Positions 17,744-27,181 of a stretch of 64,000 bases of DNA are shown here, piece after piece. Each line of letters opens with the position of its first letter. Within the stretch, counting starts at the first letter, position 1. The notes under the pieces were generated by a model, which saw only the letters and a list, made by a program, of their open reading frames with translations, was not told the DNA's origin and ran no database searches. The stretch is from a virus (Duplodnaviria; Heunggongvirae; Uroviricota; Caudoviricetes): positions 1-64,000 of IMG/VR virus record IMGVR_UViG_2974578479_000001. One strand, written 5' to 3'. The translations under genes and the position numbers were made by a program.

Positions 17744-18091
17744 ATGTTAGATGTATATGTAAGATCAGATTTAGTTTCAAATGGTCGCAATGAGTTCGGT
17801 ACTGAACAAGAAAAAACAGAGTACTATATCATTGCTGAATCATCAAGCGGTCAACGTATTAGATTAGATAGTGTATCAATTGTTAATAGAGAATACACTG
17901 ATTCACAATGTACTGAGTACTTAGAACGTATCGTTACTAAAATTAATAATCATTTAGCTGGTGGCGGAAAATTAAATCTAGATTACTGGTACGAAATTGA
18001 TCCTTGCTATGGTTCACAACGTTACATTGATTTAGATAGTACTGGTTACTTCTATAAGCGTGAGAAACGCGAAGATTCTTATAAAAATTAA
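17744..18091 (+). CDS. hypothetical protein (115 aa)
   Basis: SD ggaaaggaaaaac. Confidence 0.5.
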   Translation: MLDVYVRSDLVSNGRNEFGTEQEKTEYYIIAESSSGQRIRLDSVSIVNREYTDSQCTEYLERIVTKINNHLAGGGKLNLDYWYEIDPCYGSQRYIDLDSTGYFYKREKREDSYKN

Positions 18092-18097
18092 TACTAA

Positions 18098-18119
18098 GGG
18101 GTTGACAATAGTCAGCCCC
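18098..18119 (+). promoter_or_regulatory. PeSL-like stem-loop promoter (ggggttgacaatagtcagcccc)
   Basis: TTGACA-18-TATACT. Confidence 0.55.
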
Positions 18120-18158
18120 TTTTGATATACTTCTTTTACACCAACAAAGGAAAGTATT

Positions 18159-18356
18159 ATGACTAGACAAGAAATAATTAAAGCGGCTAACAAAGTACTG
18201 TCATACAACCATCTCGAAATGATGGAAGCTATGGAAAGAGTACTAGGCACGTTTGGCGAAGATAATAAAGATGAATTCGCCGCTGTCTATGATGAAGTAC
18301 AGGATATTTTATATCCTCATGGTACTGGTGAAGATGCAGTATACTGCGAAAATTAA
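18159..18356 (+). CDS. hypothetical protein (65 aa)
   Basis: SD aaaggaaag. Confidence 0.45.
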   Translation: MTRQEIIKAANKVLSYNHLEMMEAMERVLGTFGEDNKDEFAAVYDEVQDILYPHGTGEDAVYCEN

Positions 18357-18359
18357 TAT

Positions 18360-18388
18360 TTGACAACCGCTGTCAGTACTGATATACT
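18360..18388 (+). promoter_or_regulatory. sigma70-like promoter TTGACA-17-TATACT overlapping hairpin tgtcagtactga...tactgacag
   Basis: read directly. Confidence 0.5.
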
Positions 18389-18417
18389 GACAGCATATTA
18401 AACGAGAGGATACAATC

Positions 18418-18597
18418 ATGGTACAAGTAGATATGACTGAATTGCGTAAACGCTGGTATGATCTGGCACGTGCGGGTACTGCGATCACTGGTGATAACAG
18501 AACGCTATTCAATACACTGGATGGCTGGCAGCGTCAAGAACTAAAGAATGCATATGTTCAGGGCATGACTGATGAAGTTCAGACATGGGATGAATAA
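18418..18597 (+). CDS. small hypothetical protein (59 aa), high GC
   Basis: SD cgagaggatac; missed by the 60-aa cutoff; the minus-strand ORFs listed here are shadows. Confidence 0.45.
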   Translation: MVQVDMTELRKRWYDLARAGTAITGDNRTLFNTLDGWQRQELKNAYVQGMTDEVQTWDE

Positions 18598-18784
18598 TTA
18601 AAAAGAAAGGCTTGACTTCGGTTGAGCCTTTTGTTATAGTACTATCAATGCAGCGAAATGCACTAACCCTATAGGGTGCCAAGATCCGCCCGTAAAATAT
18701 ATTAAAATTCAAATGAAAAAGTACTTGACTTATATCTACTGAAATTGTATTATGTATCTATTGAAAGCAAACGAGGGCAATACC

Positions 18785-19057
18785 ATGAGAGTTACTACAC
18801 TGATTAAGAAGCTGTTCGGTAAAGATTCAATCTCTGACTACATGGAAGTACTGGATGATGATGAAAAGAAATCAGTACTTGAGTACTACTCTATTCAAAT
18901 GGATGAAGATGCAAGCGAACCAGATTACTTTGTTAAGTACTGGCAGGATGGATTATATACTGTCAAAGATATTAATGGTAATGTTATCGTGCATACATAT
19001 AATGTGCGACTGCTAAAAGAAAAGTTAAAAGTACTTGCAAACAAGTCTAAGGTTTAG
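18785..19057 (+). CDS. hypothetical protein (90 aa)
   Basis: SD acgagggcaatacc. Confidence 0.45.
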   Translation: MRVTTLIKKLFGKDSISDYMEVLDDDEKKSVLEYYSIQMDEDASEPDYFVKYWQDGLYTVKDINGNVIVHTYNVRLLKEKLKVLANKSKV

Positions 19058-19082
19058 TATTATATATTCATCGGGAGGCAAT

Positions 19083-19102
19083 ACCGCTTCCCTTCTTAAT
19101 CA
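19083..19102 (+). promoter_or_regulatory. 5' leader hairpin gggaggc-AATACC-gcttccc (covaries with 14362-14383)
   Basis: identical loop; compensatory stem changes. Confidence 0.5.
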
Positions 19103-19113
19103 GGAGCTTCACC

Positions 19114-19515
19114 ATGAACTTCACTACTAACTCTTTCAATGATGTACTGGTACTGGCTAAAACCTTCGGCGTTGCTGCACTGGATTATGCAGTACAGAAC
19201 AACACTATTAACATTGCATTCCCTGCACTGGTCAGAGAATGTAAGAGATGGGCAACTCGTCAAATCATTGAATTGCAGAATGTCAATGATGGCAATGTAG
19301 AGTACAGTATTGATGCTGTATTCAAGGCAGAGTTAGTACTGGATCAGTACGATACTAACCTGAATGACATTACTGTTGTTCGTACAGGGTTCGGTGCTTA
19401 CACTAAGCCAGTGCGTCAGGCAATGCAGGACGGCGACATTAACGCGGATACATTAGAGTATATCCTTAATGATGTACGCCAGCGTAATGAAGCACGTAAG
19501 GTGCTCGGCCTCTAA
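19114..19515 (+). CDS. hypothetical protein (133 aa), higher GC
   Basis: SD aggagcttcacc. Confidence 0.5.
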   Translation: MNFTTNSFNDVLVLAKTFGVAALDYAVQNNTINIAFPALVRECKRWATRQIIELQNVNDGNVEYSIDAVFKAELVLDQYDTNLNDITVVRTGFGAYTKPVRQAMQDGDINADTLEYILNDVRQRNEARKVLGL

Positions 19516-19584
19516 CAAAGTACTTGACAATACATCAAGCCACTGGCATACTGTCGGTGGCTTTGTCTATTAGGAGATACCAAC

Positions 19585-19791
19585 ATGTTTAATGTAGTAG
19601 GTTGTTTAGGCGTTACCATCGGTCAGGCTGATAGCATTGATACAGCCATCACTCTAGTACAGTCACAGATAACAGTGAGCGATAAGAAGCGTACAGCTAT
19701 GCGTAACGCACTGCAACGCCTCAAGGTAGGCCAGCAGTATCAGATAGACTACGGCGGCACTGGCTGCACCGTACAGCGTGTAGAAGGGTAA
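19585..19791 (+). CDS. hypothetical protein (68 aa)
   Basis: promoter aaagtacttgaca at ~19520; SD ttaggagatacc. Confidence 0.45.
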   Translation: MFNVVGCLGVTIGQADSIDTAITLVQSQITVSDKKRTAMRNALQRLKVGQQYQIDYGGTGCTVQRVEG

Positions 19792-20007
19792 GCAGTACTA
19801 TGTTATACCCATTTTTATATTAATTCAAAAAATATCTTATACAAAATAAAAGTACTTGACTTTTAAAATGTATAAGGTATTGGTTAACTTTTCTGTATAT
19901 AACGTTGAAGGACTATGCAAATTTTTTTGCTTACTAAAGGCCAGTAATGCTTAGCACCCCTATAATCGGGGTATAGGTATTACTGGCTATACTATTTGGA
20001 GTAAATT

Positions 20008-20577
20008 ATGGAATATGAAAAGATAAAAGAAATGTTTTTAAAAGTTTGGCCTATACTAATTCCACTCATGCCCCCATTAAATCAGTACAGTACTCCTATT
20101 GATAATGAATACTTCGCGGAGTACATAACCTTCTCCCCGAATCATATCTTCAGGATATACGGTAATGGTGGTACTAAGTTATCTGACATACTATTTGAAA
20201 TCAGTTACAATACTGAAACGAAATACTTCAGTACTTTTACTGAGGACACTATACGTATTGCACACTGGAAGAAAGATTTACCTCGTTTCTACGCCCTTCA
20301 TGATCCAGATAACTCTAAGGAGAATGGTCAGGGATATACTTTCATCCAGTACCCATGTGATACTGATTATTTCTTTCAGAGGATGACAGTACAAAATACG
20401 TTAGAATATGAAGAATATGAATTATGGGATACTGAAGTAATGGTTATGCAAGAAGTACTCTCTGATCATCCTGCATTAAGTATAGGTTTAGTACTACGTG
20501 ATGAGTATCTTACACCTGATGATGTAATTAAGATAGGCGTAGAGTTCTTTGAAAAGATGTGGGAAAATAAAAAATGA
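20008..20577 (+). CDS. paralog-array member 1 (motif DYFFQRMTVQ)
   Basis: 189 aa; SD atttggagtaaatt. Confidence 0.55.
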   Translation: MEYEKIKEMFLKVWPILIPLMPPLNQYSTPIDNEYFAEYITFSPNHIFRIYGNGGTKLSDILFEISYNTETKYFSTFTEDTIRIAHWKKDLPRFYALHDPDNSKENGQGYTFIQYPCDTDYFFQRMTVQNTLEYEEYELWDTEVMVMQEVLSDHPALSIGLVLRDEYLTPDDVIKIGVEFFEKMWENKK

Positions 20578-21233
20578 TTAAACTTATACAATTCGTTAAT
20601 GTATGTAAGTCATTAATAGAATGGCATAGTTTACGGACTTCCAACACATCCATTGTTATGAATGATGATAGAATACAATTAAGTACTGGTAATGAGTATC
20701 GTGTACTGTCAGGTGAATCTGGAGCTATTGCAACTAGGTTAGAATTTTATCTATCAGAATATAGACAGGATGTTACATTAGTCCGATTATCGAGACATAT
20801 GGATTTACACATAAAATTAAGAGATGATTATTATTTCTTAATGAATGAAGATAATCTTTTACAATTTGGCATACTCAAAGAAACTACTGGAGTATTGAGA
20901 AAGCTTGCTGAGTACCTTCCATTTCTCGATAAAGATACACCGTACAACCATGATACCTTAGAAGCTTTAGAGTTTCAGTACTTGACTAAGTACAGTATTA
21001 ATGAAGTACAAGCAATGATTGTTTATCATTTACTTCGAGAGTACAGGAAAGATTACCCAGCACATACATTAACTTCAAAGTACACTCCATCGTTAGCAAT
21101 TAATTTTAAAGTACTTGAGGAATGCACAGTACAAGAGTTGCTAGAGATGAACAATCATATACGGAATAAAATAGATGAACTTCAACTTCAAGTACTATCC
21201 AAAATTGAAAGAAATATTAAAACTAATGTCTAA
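20574..21233 (+). CDS. paralog-array member 2
   Basis: ATGA coupling; 219 aa; EALEFQYLT. Confidence 0.5.
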   Translation: MIKLIQFVNVCKSLIEWHSLRTSNTSIVMNDDRIQLSTGNEYRVLSGESGAIATRLEFYLSEYRQDVTLVRLSRHMDLHIKLRDDYYFLMNEDNLLQFGILKETTGVLRKLAEYLPFLDKDTPYNHDTLEALEFQYLTKYSINEVQAMIVYHLLREYRKDYPAHTLTSKYTPSLAINFKVLEECTVQELLEMNNHIRNKIDELQLQVLSKIERNIKTNV

Positions 21234-21774
21234 GTTCAATACTAACATTACGGATGATATAGAGTATCGTGATGATATATTATCAGTAAGATTGGTGAGA
21301 GTACGTGATGATCGTATGACATTTGATATACATGCAATTGGTTTTGATTATAATTATCCAGTACTTATCATGACGTGGTGTTATAATAACGATGTAGATA
21401 TTTTTTCTAGATTTTTCTACAGTACAGATACATTTATAAGTGCAGTTTATAGTACTACTAATATGAGCAAGTTCCATTATGAAGTTAATGAAAGTATTCA
21501 TGTAAAGAAGGTATGCAAGTTGGATTATCCTTTACGGGAAGAACAAGTGTTTCAGGAGTTGACTAGATTTAATTTACCGTCCGAAGAATCAATTACGACA
21601 TTCATGGATACATCTTATGAAGTACTGAATGGTAGTACTAAGTTTAGTTCTTTCTCTTTTCATCCACATAGTTTAGATGCAAAAAATGAAACAGAGATGG
21701 ATAATATGGTACAATCTATATTGGAAAGGTTAGAGAAGTTGTATCTTGAAAATGACGCAATTTTAAAAGACTAA
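21229..21774 (+). CDS. paralog-array member 3 (EQVFQELT)
   Basis: ATGtcTAA coupling with the upstream gene. Confidence 0.5.
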   Translation, partial: SKFNTNITDDIEYRDDILSVRLVRVRDDRMTFDIHAIGFDYNYPVLIMTWCYNNDVDIFSRFFYSTDTFISAVYSTTNMSKFHYEVNESIHVKKVCKLDYPLREEQVFQELTRFNLPSEESITTFMDTSYEVLNGSTKFSSFSFHPHSLDAKNETEMDNMVQSILERLEKLYLENDAILKD

Positions 21775-21893
21775 ATAAATGTTATCTTAAAAATTGTTGT
21801 ATAAAAAATAGTCAAAAAAATTTCCGCTTCTAATGATTGCTGTCAAGATAAAATGGCGGGGTCGAGGGGGCGTCGGGAGCGTGGGAAGTAATT

Positions 21894-22490
21894 ATGGAAT
21901 CGATGATAGTACTAAAAGATTTTTACGAAAAGTTTGCTGCACCGATAGCTGATGCTGGATTATTGAGTACTGCAAAGAACACCAAGACCTTAGAATGGGG
22001 AGGTCGAGTTAAGGGGTTAAGATATACATTTACCAGTACTGATTCTTATACAAGTGTTAAGTTAGTAGATGAAACTGATTATACCTTTGCATTAGATGCA
22101 GTATGTTATCGTGAACAAAACGGTGCTATCAATGCAACTCGTACATTTTTCACGAGTCCTACATGGACAGAGATATACACTGGTACAGGATTTAGTACTA
22201 CAAAAATTAATGTATGTCACCGAGATGAAAGTGAATTTCGTCGGGACATGAACTATCCGATATTAGAAGAAGAATACTTTCAGAATAGTACTAGGATTGA
22301 ATTAGAAGAAGAATCTTTCTATCAGTACTTCATGGGATTTGAACCAGCAGCTATAGAGTTATGTTTAAAATTCTCCCACGTTGATAATGGTGTAGAGTTA
22401 GCGAGGACAGTGCTAAATGATACTACTTTAATTAATAACATATTAATGCAATTGAATATTCTTATCATGACATATAAGAGACAAAAATGA
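21894..22490 (+). CDS. paralog-array member 4 (EEYFQNST)
   Basis: 198 aa; SD gggaagtaattatg. Confidence 0.5.
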   Translation: MESMIVLKDFYEKFAAPIADAGLLSTAKNTKTLEWGGRVKGLRYTFTSTDSYTSVKLVDETDYTFALDAVCYREQNGAINATRTFFTSPTWTEIYTGTGFSTTKINVCHRDESEFRRDMNYPILEEEYFQNSTRIELEEESFYQYFMGFEPAAIELCLKFSHVDNGVELARTVLNDTTLINNILMQLNILIMTYKRQK

Positions 22491-22999
22491 GTGAGAAGAT
22501 TTATAAACAGGCTAGAAAGTACTGTGATAAGTTTTTAAGATTACACAAAGTACTTTCTGGCGTACATGAGAAAATTAAAAAGAATTCGTGGAGAAATTCA
22601 CCCTTTAGTACTAATCGGTACATGGTAAATCTAGACAATAATAAGACGGGAATTATAATGAAAATGGCTAGGGGAAAATATAATTCTTATGAAGTACATT
22701 ATCATCTAGCACCATATACACACAGAGATTCACAGCGTAGAAATAATTTTTATGTTATTACGGATCATACTAAATTTATACATTGTAGTACTAAAACAGT
22801 TCAAGACTTACGTGATGTATCAGTTTATGATGAATGTTTAGCATTTCAATTAAGTACTGTATATACGGACAGTGAATTATTTGATTATTATTGTTGTTCG
22901 ATGTTACATACTGCGGGTTTTCGTGGAGCGTGTAGGACTAATGTTCATCATAGTACATGGAAAGCTTTATATCTACAAGCTTTAAGTATTGGTGGCTGA
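22487..22999 (+). CDS. paralog-array member 5 (CLAFQLST)
   Basis: ATGA coupling. Confidence 0.5.
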   Translation: MSEKIYKQARKYCDKFLRLHKVLSGVHEKIKKNSWRNSPFSTNRYMVNLDNNKTGIIMKMARGKYNSYEVHYHLAPYTHRDSQRRNNFYVITDHTKFIHCSTKTVQDLRDVSVYDECLAFQLSTVYTDSELFDYYCCSMLHTAGFRGACRTNVHHSTWKALYLQALSIGG

Positions 23000-23000
23000 T

Positions 23001-23588
23001 ATGCAAGAGTATAAAATTTTGACAGATATTGCTTCTGAACTATATAAGATTCGGAACAAAACAATAGAATATTCTGTATCTGATGGAATAGCTGCATCTT
23101 TATGGCCTGAGAGGAAGCCATTCACATCGTACACATTTAAAGTAAGTGGTCCATTAGAGACATATACATCTAAGTACTATAAATTTGTATTAAGCAGTAT
23201 GCACCATTCAGAAAACGCAGTTGCTTTTGCGGAGTTATGTACACTTGAGGTTTGTTTTGATACGGCTTGGTATATTAATAGTATCGATCATCACAGGGGT
23301 AGAATATCATTAAACAATGTTAACATGGATGTTTTATCCATATGTCATGATAGTACTGACAATTCTGCTATGATAGTACTTAGAGATGAAGTAATTACAG
23401 AAGAATGGTTATTTCAATTAATGACTAAGTTTGATATTCCATTTTATGAAGACGTATTAGTACTGAACAGTATAAGGACGGATTTATTTAAATTTCCATA
23501 TAATGTTAGTTTTTGTATAAGGTATTCAAAAGAACATTTACAGAATTTTTTGTTTAAGATTAAGGATTTTTTACATGACCAGAGCTGA
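23001..23588 (+). CDS. paralog-array member 6 (EEWLFQLMT)
   Basis: start uncertain (22989 or 23001). Confidence 0.5.
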   Translation: MQEYKILTDIASELYKIRNKTIEYSVSDGIAASLWPERKPFTSYTFKVSGPLETYTSKYYKFVLSSMHHSENAVAFAELCTLEVCFDTAWYINSIDHHRGRISLNNVNMDVLSICHDSTDNSAMIVLRDEVITEEWLFQLMTKFDIPFYEDVLVLNSIRTDLFKFPYNVSFCIRYSKEHLQNFLFKIKDFLHDQS

Positions 23589-24144
23589 ATTAATTCAGAG
23601 TAGTACTATGTATCGTCTTCTTGGTGCTTATAAAATCTTCAAAGAGAAGGAAAAAAAGTACAAGGGGAAGTTATATAATTTTACTTTATATGATTACAAC
23701 GATAGTGGTTATGATTTAGAATGTTCGCATCATGGATTATATATTTGGCCTAATGGTGAAGACAGAGATGATAATCAAATCTTTAGTATTGAATACTTGA
23801 AAGATGACCAATGGTGGGTTCAATCATTATTGAATGACTATGAGTTTTCTATTACTCCACGCGAGGCAGTTGAAATCAATGTTGGTGATCATTTAGACCT
23901 TGACAAAAGCAACCTATATGTGTATAATCATCAGGATGAAGAAGAATTATTTGAGGAATATCCAGAAGAATGGTTTTTTCAACAACTGACCGTACAGGAC
24001 ATAATTCCTTTTGAACAATTTAAAGAAGAAGTTAAGTTCTGTAAGAAAATACTTTCTCACGGTATAGATGAGTATGATAGAATCTTTATCTTTAATTTAG
24101 AGAAATTTAATATCAATCTGTTAGAAGGGTTTAAGGAAATATGA
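23575..24144 (+). CDS. paralog-array member 7 (EEWFFQQLTVQ)
   Basis: overlapping start. Confidence 0.5.
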   Translation: MTRAELIQSSTMYRLLGAYKIFKEKEKKYKGKLYNFTLYDYNDSGYDLECSHHGLYIWPNGEDRDDNQIFSIEYLKDDQWWVQSLLNDYEFSITPREAVEINVGDHLDLDKSNLYVYNHQDEEELFEEYPEEWFFQQLTVQDIIPFEQFKEEVKFCKKILSHGIDEYDRIFIFNLEKFNINLLEGFKEI

Positions 24145-24569
24145 TAGTTTTCCATGCTAGTACTGTTCAGATTACAAACTTTTACATTCCTTACGGTGGA
24201 TTACATTTAGGTGGTATGCACAGTGCTTTGGAATGTGCCTTACGGAAGGTCTATACAGGCCGTGAAGCTGGTATTGATGTGGATACGGTGTACATTCACC
24301 GTTGTTTTCTTAAAGCACTGAAGCCGTTTGAGGCTGATGATATGGGAAGTGATGCATCATGGAAGCGATTAAATCAGACATTAATAGCTACTGCTACAGA
24401 TTTCGATTGTATTAAATATACGAACAAGTACGAGGTTGACGTTGTTCCATCCTATTGTTTATTTGATGCGAGTTTAGTTGAAATCCTTGATTGTAGTACT
24501 ATGCATATGGATATGGCAGAAGATATATTACATGGGACATACACAGATGACTACCGGTACGAGTACTAA
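24141..24569 (+). CDS. array ORF (142 aa), motif not evident
   Basis: ATGA coupling. Confidence 0.45.
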   Translation: MIVFHASTVQITNFYIPYGGLHLGGMHSALECALRKVYTGREAGIDVDTVYIHRCFLKALKPFEADDMGSDASWKRLNQTLIATATDFDCIKYTNKYEVDVVPSYCLFDASLVEILDCSTMHMDMAEDILHGTYTDDYRYEY

Positions 24570-25122
24570 AGAAGTACTTTTAGATAAAGAGTTTCGAATT
24601 TCAATGAAGATGTTTGATTTCATGAAGAAGATAAATTTAATATTCATGAATGATTATAAAAATGAATTAGAAACTTCACACAGTATTAGTGTTGGTGATG
24701 ATACAAGTTATACGCTAAAAATGATCAAAGATAAGGCATTTTACATTACCAGAACACGCTCAGAATTTTATTCACAAATATTATTACATGTTGAATATGA
24801 ATCGTATTATACTGGAAGAAACTATTTTGGAGCAGGAAGAACGTACTTACATTTTTCACCACTATTGAATAGTGATTGTATAGTACAAGATAGTGCTTAT
24901 ATTTTGAAGTACCCATATGATTTTGATGAGGCGGCACATTTTCAGGCAATGACACAAAATCATATAACTATTGAAGAAAATTACATGTACGCATCTGAAT
25001 TAATGAAAGCAGTACATTCAGATTCATTTATTTGGGCTGAAATAGTTACTTCTGAAATTGAAGAAGATGAGTACGAGTATTTTGAGAAATTGATAAAATA
25101 TTTCAGGGATTCGATATGCTAA
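24547..25122 (+). CDS. paralog-array member (AAHFQAMTQN)
   Basis: start uncertain. Confidence 0.45.
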   Translation: MTTGTSTKEVLLDKEFRISMKMFDFMKKINLIFMNDYKNELETSHSISVGDDTSYTLKMIKDKAFYITRTRSEFYSQILLHVEYESYYTGRNYFGAGRTYLHFSPLLNSDCIVQDSAYILKYPYDFDEAAHFQAMTQNHITIEENYMYASELMKAVHSDSFIWAEIVTSEIEEDEYEYFEKLIKYFRDSIC

Positions 25123-25562
25123 ACATAATTGAAAACATTGATCCAATTAATTACATCATTCAGGATGTATTAAATAACATCAATGGATTAGAGTTAACTC
25201 CACGTAATAATTTTTATATTGGTGAAGGATACTCACTTGACATACAAGAAGTTCGTAAGAATTCGTATAAGTTAAAAGTACGAACAAATAATTTACAAGA
25301 TTTATGTAATATTGCGTTTGATAAGAAGAATCTTATTATTCGTTACAGTCCTGAGTTTTTCTTTGTACAAGAAGGTGCAGCGTTAAGCACGAACTTGTTT
25401 GAGGGACTGTTTAGTTTAGAGGAACTACCTAATGCGTTCAGGAATAATAGTACTGTATTCGGATTAGGTGTAGAATTTGATCATGCTACAATGATGGAAA
25501 CCATTGAACTGTGCCGTAGAATTCGTGATGATTTCTTGCGGAAAATTGCTACGCAAAAATAA
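25116..25562 (+). CDS. paralog-array member (PEFFFVQEGA)
   Basis: overlapping start. Confidence 0.5.
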   Translation: MLNIIENIDPINYIIQDVLNNINGLELTPRNNFYIGEGYSLDIQEVRKNSYKLKVRTNNLQDLCNIAFDKKNLIIRYSPEFFFVQEGAALSTNLFEGLFSLEELPNAFRNNSTVFGLGVEFDHATMMETIELCRRIRDDFLRKIATQK

Positions 25563-25642
25563 AAGACACTCATGGATGAGTTATAAATACTTTTAGAGCA
25601 CTAAAAGATGTGCTAAAAATACAAGTTCAAGGGAGTGAACAC

Positions 25643-26122
25643 ATGAATAATCTTATTCAAAAAGACAGCGGGCCGATTGATGATGTGATCACTCAAGACG
25701 CTTTTGAAGTACATGGACTAATGTTTAATATTAAAGATATTGTGCAATGTCTGTTTTTGTGCAGTGCAACTATGCATGAATTTTTTAATAACCCAATGTG
25801 TAATTGTTTTGCTGTTACTATTAACAGTAATGATAAATGGGTTATGGCTACACCCATGACAATGAATACTGAATTCAATGAATGTGTAATGCGTAACAAC
25901 AAAGAAAAAACTCCACAATCTGAAGTAGAAAAACTACGTAACACGTATACTAAACCTGATGAGAAACACATACTTATGTTTTTATCGAAGGGATATGTTA
26001 TGGATAATTTTACTGTACAAGAGAGTTATCATGATTTTCTCTTTACAGAAGGTGAACCACATGTTATGATTACTGCGGAAGACATTGAGAGTCTAACATT
26101 AAAAAATCCTTACTTGGAGTAA
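25643..26122 (+). CDS. paralog-array member (DNFTVQESY)
   Basis: SD gggagtga. Confidence 0.5.
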   Translation: MNNLIQKDSGPIDDVITQDAFEVHGLMFNIKDIVQCLFLCSATMHEFFNNPMCNCFAVTINSNDKWVMATPMTMNTEFNECVMRNNKEKTPQSEVEKLRNTYTKPDEKHILMFLSKGYVMDNFTVQESYHDFLFTEGEPHVMITAEDIESLTLKNPYLE

Positions 26123-26125
26123 AAA

Positions 26126-26293
26126 ATGGCGAAGTCAAAGAAGAAAGTACAAGAAGCACCTGATGTTCAAAATTTTGTTGCTAAACATATGAATACTTTC
26201 AACAAAGCAAAAACTTTTGTAGATCAAAAGAAAGAATTTAAAAATGGTAAAACCAAACACAAAGGACGTGGCTATGAAGGCACGTCCTTTTAG
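26126..26293 (+). CDS. small basic Lys-rich protein (55 aa)
   Basis: SD ttggagtaaaaa. Confidence 0.4.
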   Translation: MAKSKKKVQEAPDVQNFVAKHMNTFNKAKTFVDQKKEFKNGKTKHKGRGYEGTSF

Positions 26294-26311
26294 CATTTCA
26301 GGGGTATACTA

Positions 26312-27181
26312 ATGTTAGATTTTAAAAAGCATTCAGTACAAGAAATATTAGATTACGCACGTGAACAAAATCGTAATACTGATACAAGAAGTTTTGTACT
26401 TGGGTATGATAACGAATGTAATGTAATGTTATTATCAAAATGGCAAGATATTGGTGATTGTAGAGCTAAGGTTTATCCTAAAGGATTTTCTGTACAGCGT
26501 GAACAGAAATATATCTTCTATTATAGTAAGTATAATAATTTTACAACTTATAGTTTTGAAAATGTTTCTTTCAGTACTAAGTACAATAAGAAAACCAAGA
26601 CTGAAGAAATTAAAACTAAGATGTACAAATTAAGTAACAAGACTGTTGATATACAAACTGACAGTCAAACTTATACAACTACGTATGAAGATTTACGTAT
26701 TAAAGAACGATTATTCAGAAATGGGTGTAGTACAATTGATGTAGATTTTCCTATAGTACTTTATCAGAACGGTGTTGTTAGTAGTAGGACTTTTGGTGGT
26801 ACTCACATATATGAAAAATATAATAGTAAAGGCGTTTGTACTTTATGTAACTTTAGCTTTTACTATAAGGGAAATCATGCAACTGTTCAAATGTATTATG
26901 ATAAAAAGAAAGGTGCAACATTTTGGATGAATTCTGGTACTGGTAAAACACATTTATATGTAAGAGATAATATAAGAATTCCAGAAATTAAAGAAGCAGG
27001 TATTGAGTACTTGTTTAATGATTTGAATATGTGGAATATAGATTTACTTATGTTCGGTGCAGAAAATTTTGAATGTATCGAGTTCGCCAAAAAACATCTT
27101 ATTCAATTACTCGACAAACATAAAAACCGTTTTGGTACAGCATTGGAAAAAATAAGGATACAGAGTGAAAAGAAAGATTAA
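26312..27181 (+). CDS. hypothetical protein (289 aa)
   Basis: SD caggggtatact. Confidence 0.5.
   Translation: MLDFKKHSVQEILDYAREQNRNTDTRSFVLGYDNECNVMLLSKWQDIGDCRAKVYPKGFSVQREQKYIFYYSKYNNFTTYSFENVSFSTKYNKKTKTEEIKTKMYKLSNKTVDIQTDSQTYTTTYEDLRIKERLFRNGCSTIDVDFPIVLYQNGVVSSRTFGGTHIYEKYNSKGVCTLCNFSFYYKGNHATVQMYYDKKKGATFWMNSGTGKTHLYVRDNIRIPEIKEAGIEYLFNDLNMWNIDLLMFGAENFECIEFAKKHLIQLLDKHKNRFGTALEKIRIQSEKKD

Noticed and set aside
3340-19000. Possible CRISPR array suggested by the many ~30-nt repeats
   Set aside because: The repeats are irregularly spaced (200-600 bp), flank genes, and contain promoter hexamers or terminator hairpins. They are regulatory cassettes, not a CRISPR array.
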